Shown: positions 12,865-28,291, numbered from the stretch's first letter. The stretch: 64,000 bases of DNA from Eledone cirrhosa (GCA_964016885.1 OZ024748.1:2666001-2730000), one strand, 5' to 3'. Made by a program: numbers and translations. Notes: generated by a model from the sequence alone, not told the origin.

Positions 12865-13055
12865 TTGTTTCTACTTTAGGCACAAGGCCAGCAATTATCC
12901 CAGTGTATTACTGGTACTTTATTTTATCGACCCCGTAAGGATGAAAGGCAAAGTTAACCTCGGCGGGATTTGAACTCAGATCATAAAGGGCCATAACTCT
13001 ATGCTACAAAGCATGGCGTCCGACCCTCTACCGATACTACCAATCCACCACCCTT
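12865..13055 (-). mobile_element. SINE family 1, well preserved
   Basis: Near-exact reverse complement of 10229-10415. Confidence 0.9.
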
Positions 13056-13606
13056 AACAATAATAATAATGGAAAACAACACAAGTACAAAAAAAGACAC
13101 GGATGTTTATATATTTTTTTTCCTTTTAAAATTTCTTTCTCTCTTTCTTTGTTTTTATTATGATTATTATTATCATTATTATATTATTATCATTATTATC
13201 ATTATTATTAATATCAATAATATTATTATCAATAATATTATTATCAATTGTTCTTATTTTTCTTGTTGTTCAAAGATATTGTTTGTTTTTCTTTTCATTT
13301 CATTTGTTTTAGTTCGTTTGTAATTTTCGTTTTTGTTAAACTTTTTTTTTTAAATTCATTTAATTTCATTTCATATATTTCAATTCCCGTCTGTCTCTGT
13401 ATTTTTTTTTCTTGTCTTCTCTCTCTGCCTTCCTTCACTCACACTCACACTCAACACACACACATACATATACGGTTACTCACACACTCACACTAACCTA
13501 TACACCAACAACCAATAATTATTTTTTTGTCTTCCCGCTCCACGTGTTTTTTTTTTAATATTTAATTTGCCTCTCCCCCCCTCCTCTCACCCTTTCTCTG
13601 AATATA

Positions 13607-13659
<53 letters not shown>

Positions 13660-14353
13660 ACTTATATATATATAGTATATATAATATATATATATATATA
13701 AATGGAAAAAATGAAACGAAATTTCATTTCTCACTCTTAGTATATATATATATACTATATATAACTATATATATATATATATTATATATATATATTATAT
13801 ATATATAATTCTTATATATACTGTATATATATATATATTATATATACTGTATATATATATATATACTTTTATATATACTGTATATATATATTATATATAC
13901 TGTATATATATATATATATATATATACTATATAGTATATATATATATATCATTATATATACTATATATATATATATTTATATATATATGTGTATCTATAT
14001 ATATGTTATGTATATATGTATGTGTATATGTATGCATGTGTACAATGTATATATGTATGTATATATGTATATATATGTATATATGTGTATGTATGTATAT
14101 ATATATACATGTATGTATATATGTGTATGTGTATTTATGTATATATGTGTATGTATCTATCTATATATAGTATATGTATGTATAGTATTGAGTGTATATG
14201 TATATGTATATAATGTATGTATATATGTATGTATGTATATGTGTGTATGTGTGTATGTATATATATGTATTGTATATATATATTTATGATATATAAGGGG
14301 TGGTTCAAATGTCATTAGGCTATTTAAAAAATATAATTAACTTTTTACAATTA

Positions 14354-14553
14354 NNNNNNNNNNNNNNNNNNNNNNNNNNNNNNNNNNNNNNNNNNNNNNN
14401 NNNNNNNNNNNNNNNNNNNNNNNNNNNNNNNNNNNNNNNNNNNNNNNNNNNNNNNNNNNNNNNNNNNNNNNNNNNNNNNNNNNNNNNNNNNNNNNNNNNN
14501 NNNNNNNNNNNNNNNNNNNNNNNNNNNNNNNNNNNNNNNNNNNNNNNNNNNNN
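14354..14553. other. Assembly gap, 200 N
   Basis: Run of N. Confidence 0.99.
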
Positions 14554-14726
14554 TCACCCCGTGTGCCACAGTGTGCCACAGTGCGTCACAGTGTGTCACA
14601 GTGTGTCACAGTGTGTAATTAGTTTGACTTTGAATTACAGGTAAAAGTCCAACCCAGGACCTCCGAAGTAGTCATCTATTAAGTTTTATTCACAAGTTTT
14701 ACATTGTCTCGGTTACTTCCTTATGA

Positions 14727-15180
14727 ACACTCACTCACTCACTCACACTCACTGACACTCACTCACACTCACTGACACTCACTGACACTCACTGACACTC
14801 ACTCACACTCACTCACTCACACTCACTCACACTCACTCACTCAGTCACACTCACTCACACTCACACTCACTCACTCTCACTCACACTCACTCACACTCAC
14901 TCACTGACACTCACTGACACTCACTGACACTCACTCACTCACTCACTCACTCACTCACTCACTCACACTCACACTCACTCACACTCACTCACACTCACAC
15001 TCACTCACACTCACTCTCACTCACTCTCACTCACACTCACTCACTCACTGACACTCACTGACACTCACTGACACTCACTCGCTCTCACTCACTCACTCAC
15101 ACTCACTCACACTCACTCACACTCACTCACACTCACTTACTCTCACTCAATCTCACTCACTCTCACACACAATCACCCAC
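14727..15180. repeat. (CACT)n/(CACACT)n compound microsatellite
   Basis: Directly visible, with actgacactc variants. Confidence 0.95.
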
Positions 15181-15506
15181 TCACCAATGACATGCACACA
15201 TACACATGCACGCACATACATATATACACACACATATATATATTAAACCAGACTGACCATTTGTCTATATATCTAACTAAAGATGTCCCCTGTCCTGTCC
15301 AATCATTACTAGAGACACCAATCAATCATCGATCTCACCAAATTCATAAAATATCTTCTAATCAACGTTTTATTAAATGACAACAATTAGGTCAAATAAA
15401 AAAATATTTTATTGAGATGGATTGATATCAGAAAATTTAGCGAAATCTTAGCTTCCTTTCTGATTATATACTTCTGGTCATAACATAATTCAGAGCCAAA
15501 CCGAAC

Positions 15507-15554
<48 letters not shown>

Positions 15555-15842
15555 TAATAATAATACATGTGAAGACTAAACTCCAAAGAGGGCTCGATAA
15601 GGATAAATATATATCAGATATATAAGAACCGTAGAGCAAATATTTATTAAAATTTACAGATTAAAGTTTAAGCTGCTTTCACCCTTAACGGCCGTTTCGA
15701 CAGCTAGTTCTAGTTGTCGAAACAGCCGGAGCTCAGCCGTTGGGATCCTGACTCTTTTCTTATAACCCACTCTACTACCCTAAGTGTCGAGTACTCTGGT
15801 GCGTTATGGTCCCTTGGTTTCTTTCCACACTTTCTTTGTTAT
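15555..15842. mobile_element. Junction of PLE-derived family C (minus) and family A (plus) in TA repeats
   Basis: 15555-15690 is the reverse complement of 62590-62730. 15690-15842 is family A with a short hairpin tttcgacagctag-tt-ctagttgtcGAAA. Confidence 0.8.
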
Positions 15843-16029
15843 ATATATATATATATATATTATATTATATTATATTATATTATATTATATTATATTATAT
15901 TATATTCTATTATATTATATTATATTCATTTTCGGTTTCTCCTATGTGATCCTGTCTCTGTACTCCTGAAGAAAGGCTTAAATCTGACACTAAGACTTTT
16001 TGTACCTCCGTTTGTGGTCTCCTTGAACT

Positions 16030-16063
<34 letters not shown>

Positions 16064-16066
16064 TGA

Positions 16067-16143
<77 letters not shown>

Positions 16144-16214
16144 AAAGGTCGATCGACTTTCGTCAAATCAGACCGAGGAAACAATGTTTCCGTTGGTCTT
16201 TCCAATCCAATTGC

Positions 16215-16345
16215 TAATACTATCTATTGGTCGCAACTCCAGGTAGAAGGAGCAATGTGAAATAAAGTATCTTGCTCAAGGACATAACACATCGCCTGTT
16301 CCAGGAAAGAACTAACAACCTCTCTAACCAATCAGCCACGCGCCT
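16215..16345 (-). mobile_element. SINE family 2 fragment
   Basis: ggagcaatgtgaaataaagtatcttgctcaaggacataac...agccacgcgcc. Confidence 0.7.
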
Positions 16346-16947
16346 TATATATAAATTATAGTCGAAGCTGAGGATACTTTCCCCAGAATGTTCATATATA
16401 TGTATCACATTACTCACACACACACACACTCACACACACACACTACATACACTCACACCCACTCACACACACTACACACACACTACACACACACTACATA
16501 CACTCACACATACTCACACACACGCTCACACACACACACTCACACACACTCACACACACTACATACACTCTCACACACACACACACTCACACACACTCAC
16601 GAACACTCATACACACTACACACACTCACACACACTACACACACTCACACACACACACACTCACACACACTACACACACTACACACACATACATACATAT
16701 ATATACATATATATATATCGCAGTTTTTATGAGTGTTTGTTTTATCGTAACAGTAATTATTTCCAACAAAGACAATCAACATTCTTAACTGAACGAATGA
16801 AAAATATATATAAAATATATAAAATATATAAAATAGCTCTGGTCATCATTTAATCAGTAAGTTAGAAAACCTTATAGTGATCGATCATCAATAGATTTTA
16901 AATCGATCTCAGCCATCACCACCCAACCACCAACAGCTAAAAATTTT

Positions 16948-17170
16948 TGGCAGCATCGGTAGAGCGTCGGACACCCCGATTTCCGGCAGAAAGTTATGTC
17001 CCTTTACGTTCTGAGTTCAAATCCCGGCGAGGTTAGCTTTCCCTTTCAACCTTACAGGATCGATAAAATAAAGAACCAGTAATGTACTGGGGTCGATTTA
17101 ATGGACTCCCCCCACCCCCCACCCCACACGAAATTGCTGGCCTTGTGCTTATACTAGAAACTATTATTAA
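16948..17170 (+). mobile_element. SINE family 1
   Basis: tggcagcatcggtagagcgtcggac, gagttcaaatccc, body and gaaactattatt tail. Confidence 0.85.
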
Positions 17171-17460
17171 CACCACCACCATCACTACCATCATCATCAC
17201 CACCAGTGCCATCCCCCCCCCCAGCCTCATCACCATCATCACCACCACCACCACCACCACCACCACCATCACTACCATCATCATCACCACCAGTGCCATC
17301 ACTATTACTATCACCAATGCCATCGTCTTTATCACCACCATCACCACTACCATCATCACCACGGTCACCGCCACCACCACCACCACCACGATTACCCCCA
17401 GTCCCACCACCATCACCATCACCCCCCACCCCCCAGTCCCCCACCCCCACCATCACCAGT
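17170..17460. repeat. (CAC/CAT)n low-complexity tract
   Basis: Directly visible. Confidence 0.9.
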
Positions 17461-17715
17461 GCCACAGTCCTTATTGATGTGTTCCATTAGATCAAGTTAG
17501 AGAGCAAAGTTGCCAGTTATTTCCCCGTTATTCTGTGGGAGTTAAAGGTGATGACACTAACATTTCCCTTACCATAACATAGAGAGGGGGAACAATATCT
17601 CTCCCCCTCTCCCCCCTCTCTCTGTCGACATATGTGTATGTTTAACCTCATGACACACACACATACATATATACACACATACATATATACATATATACAT
17701 ATATACATATATATA

Positions 17716-17754
<39 letters not shown>

Positions 17755-17864
17755 ACTTTATCAAAACCACGTGATGCTCGGTGTAACGACGTCTGTCGGA
17801 GATGAATGAACAACACCAACACCGCCGCCGCCGCCAACATTACCAATATGATCGGCAACACCGC

Positions 17865-18300
17865 CCACCACCACCACCTATACCACTACCACCACCTATA
17901 CCACTACCACCACCAACACCACTACCACTACCCCTACCACCACCTATACCACTACCACCACCACTACCACTACCACTACCACCACCTATACCACTACCAC
18001 CACCAACACCTATACCACTACCACTACCAACACCTATACCACTACCACCACCAGCACCACCACCTATACCACTACCACCACCACTACCACTACCACCACC
18101 AACACCTATACCACTACCACCACCAACACCTATACCACTACCACTACCAACACCTATACCACTACCACCACCAGCACCACCACCTATACCACTACCACTA
18201 CCACCACCAACACCTATACCACTACCACCACCTATACCACCACCCCCACCAACACCGCCTATACCGCCACTGACGACAACAACAACAGCAACAACAACAG
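17865..18300. repeat. CCACTA/CCTATA-based cryptic minisatellite
   Basis: Repeated caccacctataccactac units, with a ~120-bp internal duplication (17990-18110 vs 18110-18230). Confidence 0.9.
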
Positions 18301-18439
18301 TCATAATAAAAGAATAAAGAAGTTCTTATAATAAATATTATTAAAGTGATCAATATCCACAAAAGGTCAATATATAGTGATTGATATTGATAAATGATTT
18401 GATGATTACTGTTCACTTATGTCGTTTTTATTTTTATCT

Positions 18440-18620
18440 TCAAATCCCGCCGAGGTTAACTTTGCCTTTCATCCTTACGAGGTCGATAAAATACAGTACC
18501 AGTAATACACTGGGTAATTGCTGGCCTTGTGCCAATAGTAGAAACAATTATTATAGGATGATGGATTGGCAGGAATGGTAGTGTCAGACATGGTTTGCGA
18601 CATATAGTTACATCCCTTTA
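18440..18620 (+). mobile_element. SINE family 1 body followed by a second head
   Basis: ttcaaatcccgccgaggttaactttgcc...gaaacaattatt, then tggattggcaggaatgg. Confidence 0.8.
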
Positions 18621-18723
18621 CCTTGTCTTTTTTTTTTTTATTTAAAAAAAACATTTAAAAAAACATAATTTTGTAAATTTATAATCAATATTGACTGTTT
18701 TTAAAGATTGTCTCTTTTGTTTT

Positions 18724-18804
<81 letters not shown>

Positions 18805-19068
18805 TCTATATATATATATACATATATAGCCGATTGTGCATTGTTGCATAATATATGCAGAGAGATGGTGCAGTGCACCTTACTGCTGCATTAGTGCGGC
18901 ACAAACTCGAGTCCGGGAACCTTATAGGCACCCGTTTTACGTGTGTTGTGTTGAGGCAAATAACTATGTGTATACTCTGGTAATGTATCTTACATTGCCC
19001 ATGGAGTGCGCTGAGATACAACCGGTACTGGCATTGATAAATATGGTGGGTTCGTCAACCCTTATTAT

Positions 19069-19213
<145 letters not shown>

Positions 19214-19518
19214 TTATATATTGATAATGTACACATAGGTAGTCTTTGGAATATTTTACTGTGCTTGGAGGAAGTGTGACATTTGCTTTGTTGGACCTTG
19301 CCAACCCCCACTATTGCAATGCTTTAATGTAAATCTGTTCTATATGTTCTATAACTGAATGTACCTGTAATACACGTATATACATACATTCTTTTCTAGC
19401 TAAATTCTACCTCTCTGTATGTCTTTGTCTATAGACATATGGCTACCTCCCTTCCTGCCTCGCTACCTACCTCTCCACATATCTGTCTACCTATCTACAT
19501 ATATCTACATATGTCTAC

Positions 19519-19577
<59 letters not shown>

Positions 19578-19711
19578 ATCTATATATCTACATATCTACA
19601 TATCTGTCTACTTATCTACATCCTTATAAATACGTCAGCATCTTATATTTATTCTATTTATGCATAGATGTATAAATATATGCACTGAAGATCTGTGTAT
19701 GTCTCTCTCCC

Positions 19712-19747
<36 letters not shown>

Positions 19748-19877
19748 AAAAATATATATATACTTGAATACATAGATATATATGGCTATATATATATATA
19801 TATATAGATATTATATATAGATATATATATATATATATAGATATATATGGCTATATATATATATATATATATATGGC

Positions 19878-19925
<48 letters not shown>

Positions 19926-20593
19926 CTTGAATACATAGATATATATGGCTATATATATATATATATATATAAATGTGTATATATATACTTCTAGATGTGT
20001 GTGTGTATGTGTGTGTGTGTGTACTCCTAGATGTGTGTGTGTTAGTGTGCAGGGTCAATGATTTATTGACGGATAAGAATCTCCATCAATATACAAAGCT
20101 ACAATACAAATAGAGATAGAGATAGCAAAGGTTGGTGTGTGGCGGAGAGAGAGAGAGAGAGAGGGGGGAGAGAGAGAGAGAGAGAGAGGCGTAGTTAGAA
20201 GGGAGTGATGGCGGTGGTCGGGAGGGTGTAGTTTTGTTGTCCAGGCGGCGGTTCAGAATTCAAATAATAAATGATGAGGAGAGATGGATTGGTCGAGGTT
20301 GGCCGACTCTTCTGACCTTGCTGTCGATTGAATATTCTTTAACAAAACTTCTTTCTTTGAAGCAGCACTAATGGCCGTGTATATGGCGCAACTACAGCAA
20401 ATATCAGAGCTGAAATACCGCCAGAACGGACACAATCAAGGCTGGCGTGATACACGTGGACATTGCAATCGGACATTCATTCCATGTACGCGCTCTTCGT
20501 ATAGCTTTATACACGCACATGTGTGTGTGAGTGTGTGTGTGTGTTCGTATATATATATATGTATATACACACACATATATACACACATATATA

Positions 20594-20628
<35 letters not shown>

Positions 20629-20672
20629 TTAAAAATAAGAAGAAAGCAATACACAACCACTTCTCTTCTTCA

Positions 20673-20734
<62 letters not shown>

Positions 20735-21169
20735 CTTTCAGGTTTGGGCATATATACATGCGTACACATACATTCCAGACAGGCATACATATGCATACGG
20801 ACTCACGCACCCATACATACATATATATATATATATATACGCACACATATATATATATGCATAGTCACACACACACACACACACACACAAATGCATGCCG
20901 TCATACTCTCACATATATACATATATACATATATACATATATGCACACATACGGATAATCAAATGTGAAAGTTACATCTTAGCTATCATACACGCATATA
21001 TATATATATATATATACACATACATAAAAAACATGCATATACATATATACACACATACATGAAAAATGTATGCATAGACATATATACACATATACACGGG
21101 CAATAAACGACACTTTAACATGGGCATACGCACACATACAGACATGCATACTCAGATAGTTGCATACTT

Positions 21170-21213
<44 letters not shown>

Positions 21214-21599
21214 ACTCAGTTTACACAGATAGTTGTTACATATACACACACTGACACTGCATTATTGCTTGTTGTTGTTGTTTAGCCATAGGTCAGCGGT
21301 GGTCAGCCGTGGACAGTCAAATGACCATAACAATTTCCTCAGCAATCCTTCCTTCCGTTTTATATTTTCATACAATGGACTTTCCTACATTCCTTTAAGG
21401 CTGTCGTGTGTGTTTGTGATCTGAGGGAGATGTGACTGCTATTTTTAACAAGTTGAATAACCACGTAGATGTTTCTTTAGTTAATGTTATAGCTAGATTG
21501 TATGTAAGGAAGAAGATAGAGAATTGGATTTGCAATGGTGAGGTTGCGAGTTCGATTATTGGACCGGGTATAGCATTGGTATAACACAAATATATCTCA

Positions 21600-23113
21600 C
21601 AACACACTGGCAATAGCTCACACATATCTCACAACACACAACACACACACACAACACCCACACTGACACACAACACATACACTGACACGCAACACACAAT
21701 ACACACACACAACACACAACACACTGACACACAACACACACACTGACACACAACACACAACACACAACACACACACTGACACACAACACACACACTGACA
21801 CACAACACACAACACACAACACACAACACACACACACACAACACAGAACACACTGACACACACAACACACAGCACACAACACACACACTGACACACAACA
21901 CATACACTGACACACAACACACAACGCACACACACAAGACACAACACACACACTGACACACAACACATACACAAACACACAACACATAACACACACAACA
22001 CACACACACACAACACACACACACACAACACACAACACACACACAACACACAACACACACACACAACACACAACACGCACACAACACACAACACACACAC
22101 TGACACACAACACACAACACACACACACAACACAGAACACACTGACACACAACACACACACTGACACACAACACACAACACACAACACACACACACACCA
22201 CACAACACACACACAACACATAACACACACACTGACACACAACACACAACACACAACACACAACACGCACACACACAACACACAACACACACACACAACA
22301 CACACTCGACACACAACACACACACACAACAAACATAACACACATCACACAACACACAACACACAACACACAACACGCACACACACAACACACAACACAA
22401 ACACACAACACACAACACACAACACACAACACGCACACACACAACACAAAACACACACACACAACACACACACAACACACAACACACAACACACAACACA
22501 CACACAACACACACACAACACACAACACACAACACACACACACACAACACACACACACTGACACACAACACATACACTGACACACAACACACAATACACA
22601 ACACACAACTCGCACACACACAACACACAACACACACACAACACACAACACACACACTGACACACAACACACAACACACAACACACAACACGCACACACA
22701 ACACACACAACACACAACACACAACACACAACACACACACACAACACACACAACACACAACGCACAACACACACACACAACACACACACAACACACACAC
22801 AACACACAACACACAACACATACACTGACACAACACACAACACACACACTGACACACAACACACAACACACAACACACAACACACAACACACACACTGAC
22901 ACACAACACACAACACACAACACACACACACAACACACACAACATACACACTGACACACAACACACACACACAACACACAACACACAACACACACACACA
23001 CAACACACAACACACAACACACAACACACAACACACACACACACACACACACACAACACACAACACACACAACACGCACACACACACAACACACAACACA
23101 CACACTGACACAC
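21600..23113. repeat. 1.5-kb CA-rich satellite (CAACACA core punctuated by CTGACAC)
   Basis: Directly visible. Source of the 490-aa C/V ORFs. Confidence 0.95.
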
Positions 23114-23888
23114 ATGAGCACGTTATTTAATGAGGCGATTTATTAACCAGTTTCAGTAATTAATTAATTTAGGCGAGTTTGTTAATCGCATAATAATAAT
23201 GTGGTGTATTATTCTAAATAGAAACATTAATGACCACACACATTAATGAAACATACACACACAAGCAAACACATACAAACATACACACTCACACACACGC
23301 AAACACACATTCAAACACACACACAAACGCATACACTTAGACATACAAAAACGTACACACATTCAAACATACACGCACACGCACACACACAAAACGCGCA
23401 CACACATATACATGCACACAGACACACACATAGATAAATATTTGAATTCACGTATGTATATGAAATGTTTATGCATGTATATATGCGTGTGTGTGTGTGT
23501 GTGTATACATACATCTACACACACACAAACAATCACACACACACACACACATATATCTATATCTATATCTATATATGTATATATATATATATATATAAAT
23601 GAAATCTTTAATATATCTCATAGGAAATGATACAGCCAATTCTCCACACAATACAATATAGCACTCCAAACGTTGGGAATATACTCCGGGATTCCTTGTT
23701 TGTTGAGTCAGTTGGAAATTGGTCGGAGTATTGCTATTAGCTTTCTCCGTTTATCTTGTTATGTATATATATATATATATAAGGGTTAAAATACTGGAGC
23801 GTGTTGGAGTTAAACACCCTCTTCGTATTATAGAAATGACAGTAAAAGCTCAATGTAGTTAAACAGAGCCGAAAAATTAAGAGAGTAA

Positions 23889-23926
<38 letters not shown>

Positions 23927-23930
<4 letters not shown>

Positions 23931-24100
23931 AAAAAGTATGACCCCGACGGCAGAGGTCAAGCCGTTTCGACGGCTATTTCTGGACACCAGAAATAGCCGT
24001 CGGGGTCATACTTTTTCTTATTTTCCACTCTGCTACCATAAGTATTGAGTACTCTGGTGCGTTATGGTCCATCTGGTTCCTTACCACAATTCCTTTGTTA
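23927..24100. mobile_element. PLE-derived family A fold-back
   Basis: aagaaaaagtatgaccccgacggc...gacggctatttctgg-aca-ccagaaatagccgtcggggtcatactttttctt. Has the tattgagtact box and TA flanks. Confidence 0.85.
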
Positions 24101-24112
24101 TATATATATATA

Positions 24113-24298
24113 ATTTTAATATAGATGAGATTCTACAGGACTAGAACTGTTTAATGCTTTAGAAATCATCAGGAATCATTCTAAAGAATGAAAGAGTTCT
24201 AGTCCTGTAGAATCTCATCTATATTAAAACTTTTATACTCTGCTATGTATTGAGTACCTTACTTTCTGTGGTTACCTCCGATTCAACCCGGAATAACT

Positions 24299-24304
<6 letters not shown>
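24113..24304. mobile_element. PLE-derived family B fold-back
   Basis: ttttaatatagatgagattctacaggactagaac pairs with gttctagtcctgtagaatctcatctatattaaaa. TA flanks. Confidence 0.85.
24129..24177 (-). ncRNA. Type I hammerhead ribozyme motif (family B; GAAA mutated to UAAA)
   Basis: Minus strand: gauuc-CUGAUGA-uuucuaaagcau-UAAA-cag-uucuaguc-cuGUA-gaauc. Stems I and III pair. Confidence 0.7.
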
Positions 24305-24355
<51 letters not shown>

Positions 24356-24554
24356 GGTTGTGGTGTACCAAAATATGAGGCAGAGACCAAATCTGTTGAA
24401 ACCTGTCTTGCATTGTTTTCTTTGAATTTCAAGAAAAAGAAACACATTTTGGGTTTTATTTTGCTTTAAAGTGGTTTTTTAGGCTAAGAATCCTAACTTA
24501 AAGGTGTATGTGTAAACGCAAACACGCACACACACACACACACACATATATACA

Positions 24555-24588
<34 letters not shown>

Positions 24589-24712
24589 TAGATATACACT
24601 CACTCATATATACATTCACACACACACACACACATATATACACAAACACACACACACGCACATAAACAAGCGCCCACACATACACACATACATACATACA
24701 CATGTATACTTA

Positions 24713-24755
<43 letters not shown>

Positions 24756-25358
24756 GTGTGTGTGTGTGTGTGTGTGTGTGTGATAGAGAGAGATGCAAGG
24801 AATACACAGAGCAAGAGTCGAAGGTGGCAGTCTTCAGCGAGGCGTAAGTGCCAACAAGAACACTAACGAACTCTATCTTATATATTGTATAAGTTGTGTT
24901 GGCTTTCTTTTTTCTTCTTAAATATTCAGCAAATGTTCTGTAAACAATTCTGTAGGCATGGGTCAGATCTGTCACCATGGTAACGTTGACTGTGTTGTAC
25001 CGTGGGTTGTTGAAAAGTAAAGTTGTTTGCTGCTTGCCTTCAAATCACACGCCTCGGTTGGCAGCGAATGTTGACTGAGAAATAATCCTTTTTTACACAA
25101 GATTCTAATGCTAGTTAGGGTCCAGTAATTACATCAGGTTTGTCATGGACTTTTAAGCTCGTGTTAAAGATAGATAGATAGAGAGAGAGATAGATGGTAG
25201 ATCTCTCTCTATGTATGTATGTGTGTGTGTGTGTATATATATATATACAGAGTGGATTGATAGATCTCTCTCTCTTTCTCTGTGCGTGTGTGTATATATA
25301 TTATTGAAAGGTAGGTAGGTAGATATTTGTCAATATACCTATCTATCTGCCTACCTTT

Positions 25359-25446
<88 letters not shown>

Positions 25447-25589
25447 AACAGACAGACAGATTGATAGGAGGTAGCTAGGTAGATAGATAGATGGATTAGA
25501 GAGAAAGAGAGATCGATGAATGTAAATCTCTGAAGATATCTGAAATGTCACTCTGACCGATTGACTAGGGTAAATGACAGAGACCTCGA

Positions 25590-25900
25590 AATCTCAGGAA
25601 ATAACCGCTGGACAGATTTTATGGGCAAAACCAACCGGTAGGAGACCCAGGGGGTAGACCCCAAACAAGATGGTTGGATAACATCCATGAACTTGCCTGG
25701 TCACGCTTTGGGATCCAGTCGGATCAGTTGGGGATGGTTGTGTGTGACAGGACCCGCTGGAAGGTGAGTGTTGGAGATGGTTGTGTGTGACAGGACCTGG
25801 TGGAAGGTGAGTGTTGGAGATGGTTGTGTGTGACAGGACCTGCTGGAAGGTGAGTGTTGGAGATGGTTGTGTGTGACAGGACCCGCTGGAAGGTGAGTGA
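25590..25900 (+). mobile_element. RTE-clade (Expander-like) LINE 3' remnant with 43-bp tandem repeat x4
   Basis: QILWAKPTGRRPRG/RPQTRWLDNIHELAWSRFGIQSDQLGMVVCDRTRWK, one frameshift. Repeat units start at 25733, 25776, 25819 and 25862. Confidence 0.82.
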
Positions 25901-25998
25901 TATTCTTCTCAGGAATAAGTGAGCCAACAAGAAAATTTGTGAAAGTACGTTACCATCACTGATGAGTTAGTTTAGAGATGAATATATAGTGAGAGAAA

Positions 25999-26041
<43 letters not shown>

Positions 26042-26330
26042 TTATATATAAAACATGAGAAGAAAGAAGAATACTGCGTGGTTGCAAATGGGTTACATAT
26101 GATAAAAATAGTCCTTCGTCAGTGATTTTCCAACCATCATCGGTATTTGATCGCATTAAAAATCAGATACCTCAGGTTGGTGCGAGCAATAACTAAAAAA
26201 AGTTATTGGGACCAGAATTCGCGTAAAGCGAGGGAGACAAGTAAACAACATAGACGGATAAAAGCAAACTGAAGATAGGAAAATAAACAAGCAACAAGGT
26301 TGTCCGTTCAGCATAAGCTGGGTGGATTTC

Positions 26331-26363
<33 letters not shown>

Positions 26364-26643
26364 TTTGAATGTACGTTTTTGAGTATGTATATTTGAATGA
26401 CTAAGTTAATTGCGTGTTTGATTCCGTATATTTGATATATGTGTTTAAGTGAGATTTGTGTATGGCTTTGTGTATGTATATATAAGCACACACACACATA
26501 TTTACGTGTATATATATATATATATAAGCACACATATATTCGTATGTATGTATATATATATATGTATACACATATATTCGTATATATGTATATGTATATA
26601 TGTAGACATACATATATGTACATATATATCCACATGTATATGC

Positions 26644-26679
<36 letters not shown>

Positions 26680-27039
26680 ACACATACACACACACATATA
26701 TACACACACACACACATATATATAGACACACACATATTTATATATACACACATATGTGTATATATATATATATATAATTGGTATTCATTTGAAATTAAGA
26801 AGAAAGCTGATAGTTTTCCAAACCTTGCCATATTCTGTAATATTTAAACAACCGTTTATGACTTTATGGACTTTCCTATCTTTATTAACCTCATTATTTC
26901 CATTTTATATCTCTATTACCAATTCCACATGAATATTTATACGCCTCTATGTACATATACATATATGTATATATATATACATATATATATGTATGCGTGT
27001 GTGTGTATGTGTATATATACGTGTGTCTGTCTGTGTGTG

Positions 27040-27070
<31 letters not shown>

Positions 27071-27113
27071 TGTCTGTCTGTGCTAATATATATATATAGT
27101 GTCTGTCTGTGTG

Positions 27114-27161
<48 letters not shown>

Positions 27162-27228
27162 TTGTCTGTATGTATATATATATGTGCGTGTGTATATATA
27201 CATATATATGTATGTGTATATATATATG

Positions 27229-27269
<41 letters not shown>

Positions 27270-27389
27270 GTGAGTGTGTTATATTCAGATATATTACTAA
27301 TAAAGTACTGTTTACTACAATATTTACATGTGTGGCCAGTTTAGTTAATACAATGTCGAGTTGCTTTGTAATAGTATTATCTCTGAAAA

Positions 27390-27516
27390 CCAGCCGAGGT
27401 TAGCTGAGCCTTTCATCCTTGTCGATAAAATAAAGTACCAGTAATACACTGGGGTTGATTTAATCGACTTTCCCTCCCCTTCAAATTACTGGCCTTGTGC
27501 CTATACTAGAAATCAT

Positions 27517-27517
<1 letters not shown>
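27390..27517 (+). mobile_element. SINE family 1 body
   Basis: gccgaggttagctgagcctttcatccttgtcgataaaataaagtaccagtaatacactgggg. Confidence 0.8.
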
Positions 27518-27556
<39 letters not shown>

Positions 27557-27599
27557 ACATACACACATACAACGACATCTGCATATATACACACACATG

Positions 27600-27715
27600 G
27601 GAAGGCGCTTAGCTTAATGGTTTGAGACATGGATTCATAATCGTGGCTCTGAGCTGTGAGCTCAATGATCGGACCGGGTGATACAAGACACCTTATTTCA
27701 CGTTATGCCTCAACT
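27600..27715 (+). mobile_element. SINE family 2 head fragment
   Basis: ggcgcttagcttaatggtt...caagacaccttatttcacgtt. Confidence 0.6.
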
Positions 27716-28104
27716 TACAACCAATAGATAGTATCAGCAATGGAAAGATCAATGGAATCATTGTTTCCTTGGTTCGATTTAACGACTTTCATCCCACTCC
27801 GCAATCGAATGAGGTCTGGGATCTTGATGACAGATTTCTTATCCTTAACTCAACAAATTATTTGAAATGTTGAACTTAGCTCAAAGAACCCCCACAAGAA
27901 TGGCGATCCAACAGCGGGGGTGTATTGTTTTTAACACATTACTGGATATGTTGAAATTACCTTAGGGACCCCTATTATTATCTTTGTGAACCATGATTGA
28001 GGACCAGTGAAGGAGACGATTCTATCTTGATTCCCATCTACGTTGATCTCTTCCTGCTGATCAGGTATGGACCTTAGATAGTCTACGTACATGTTTTAAC
28101 TATC

Positions 28105-28263
<159 letters not shown>

Positions 28264-28291
28264 GTGTGTATTCGTCTTATTAAGGTAAGTC

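Noticed and set aside
17802-18317. Pro-rich, His/Tyr-rich or Gly-rich structural-protein-like ORFs
   Set aside because: Cryptic minisatellite with no signal peptide or exon evidence, and all frames are equally open.
21556-23121. Long Cys/Val-rich ORFs (up to 497 aa)
   Set aside because: Open in all three minus frames because the CA satellite lacks stop codons.
24790-24945. 49-aa ATG ORF and a gtaagt donor-like site
   Set aside because: No homology recognised and no partner exon. Expected by chance.
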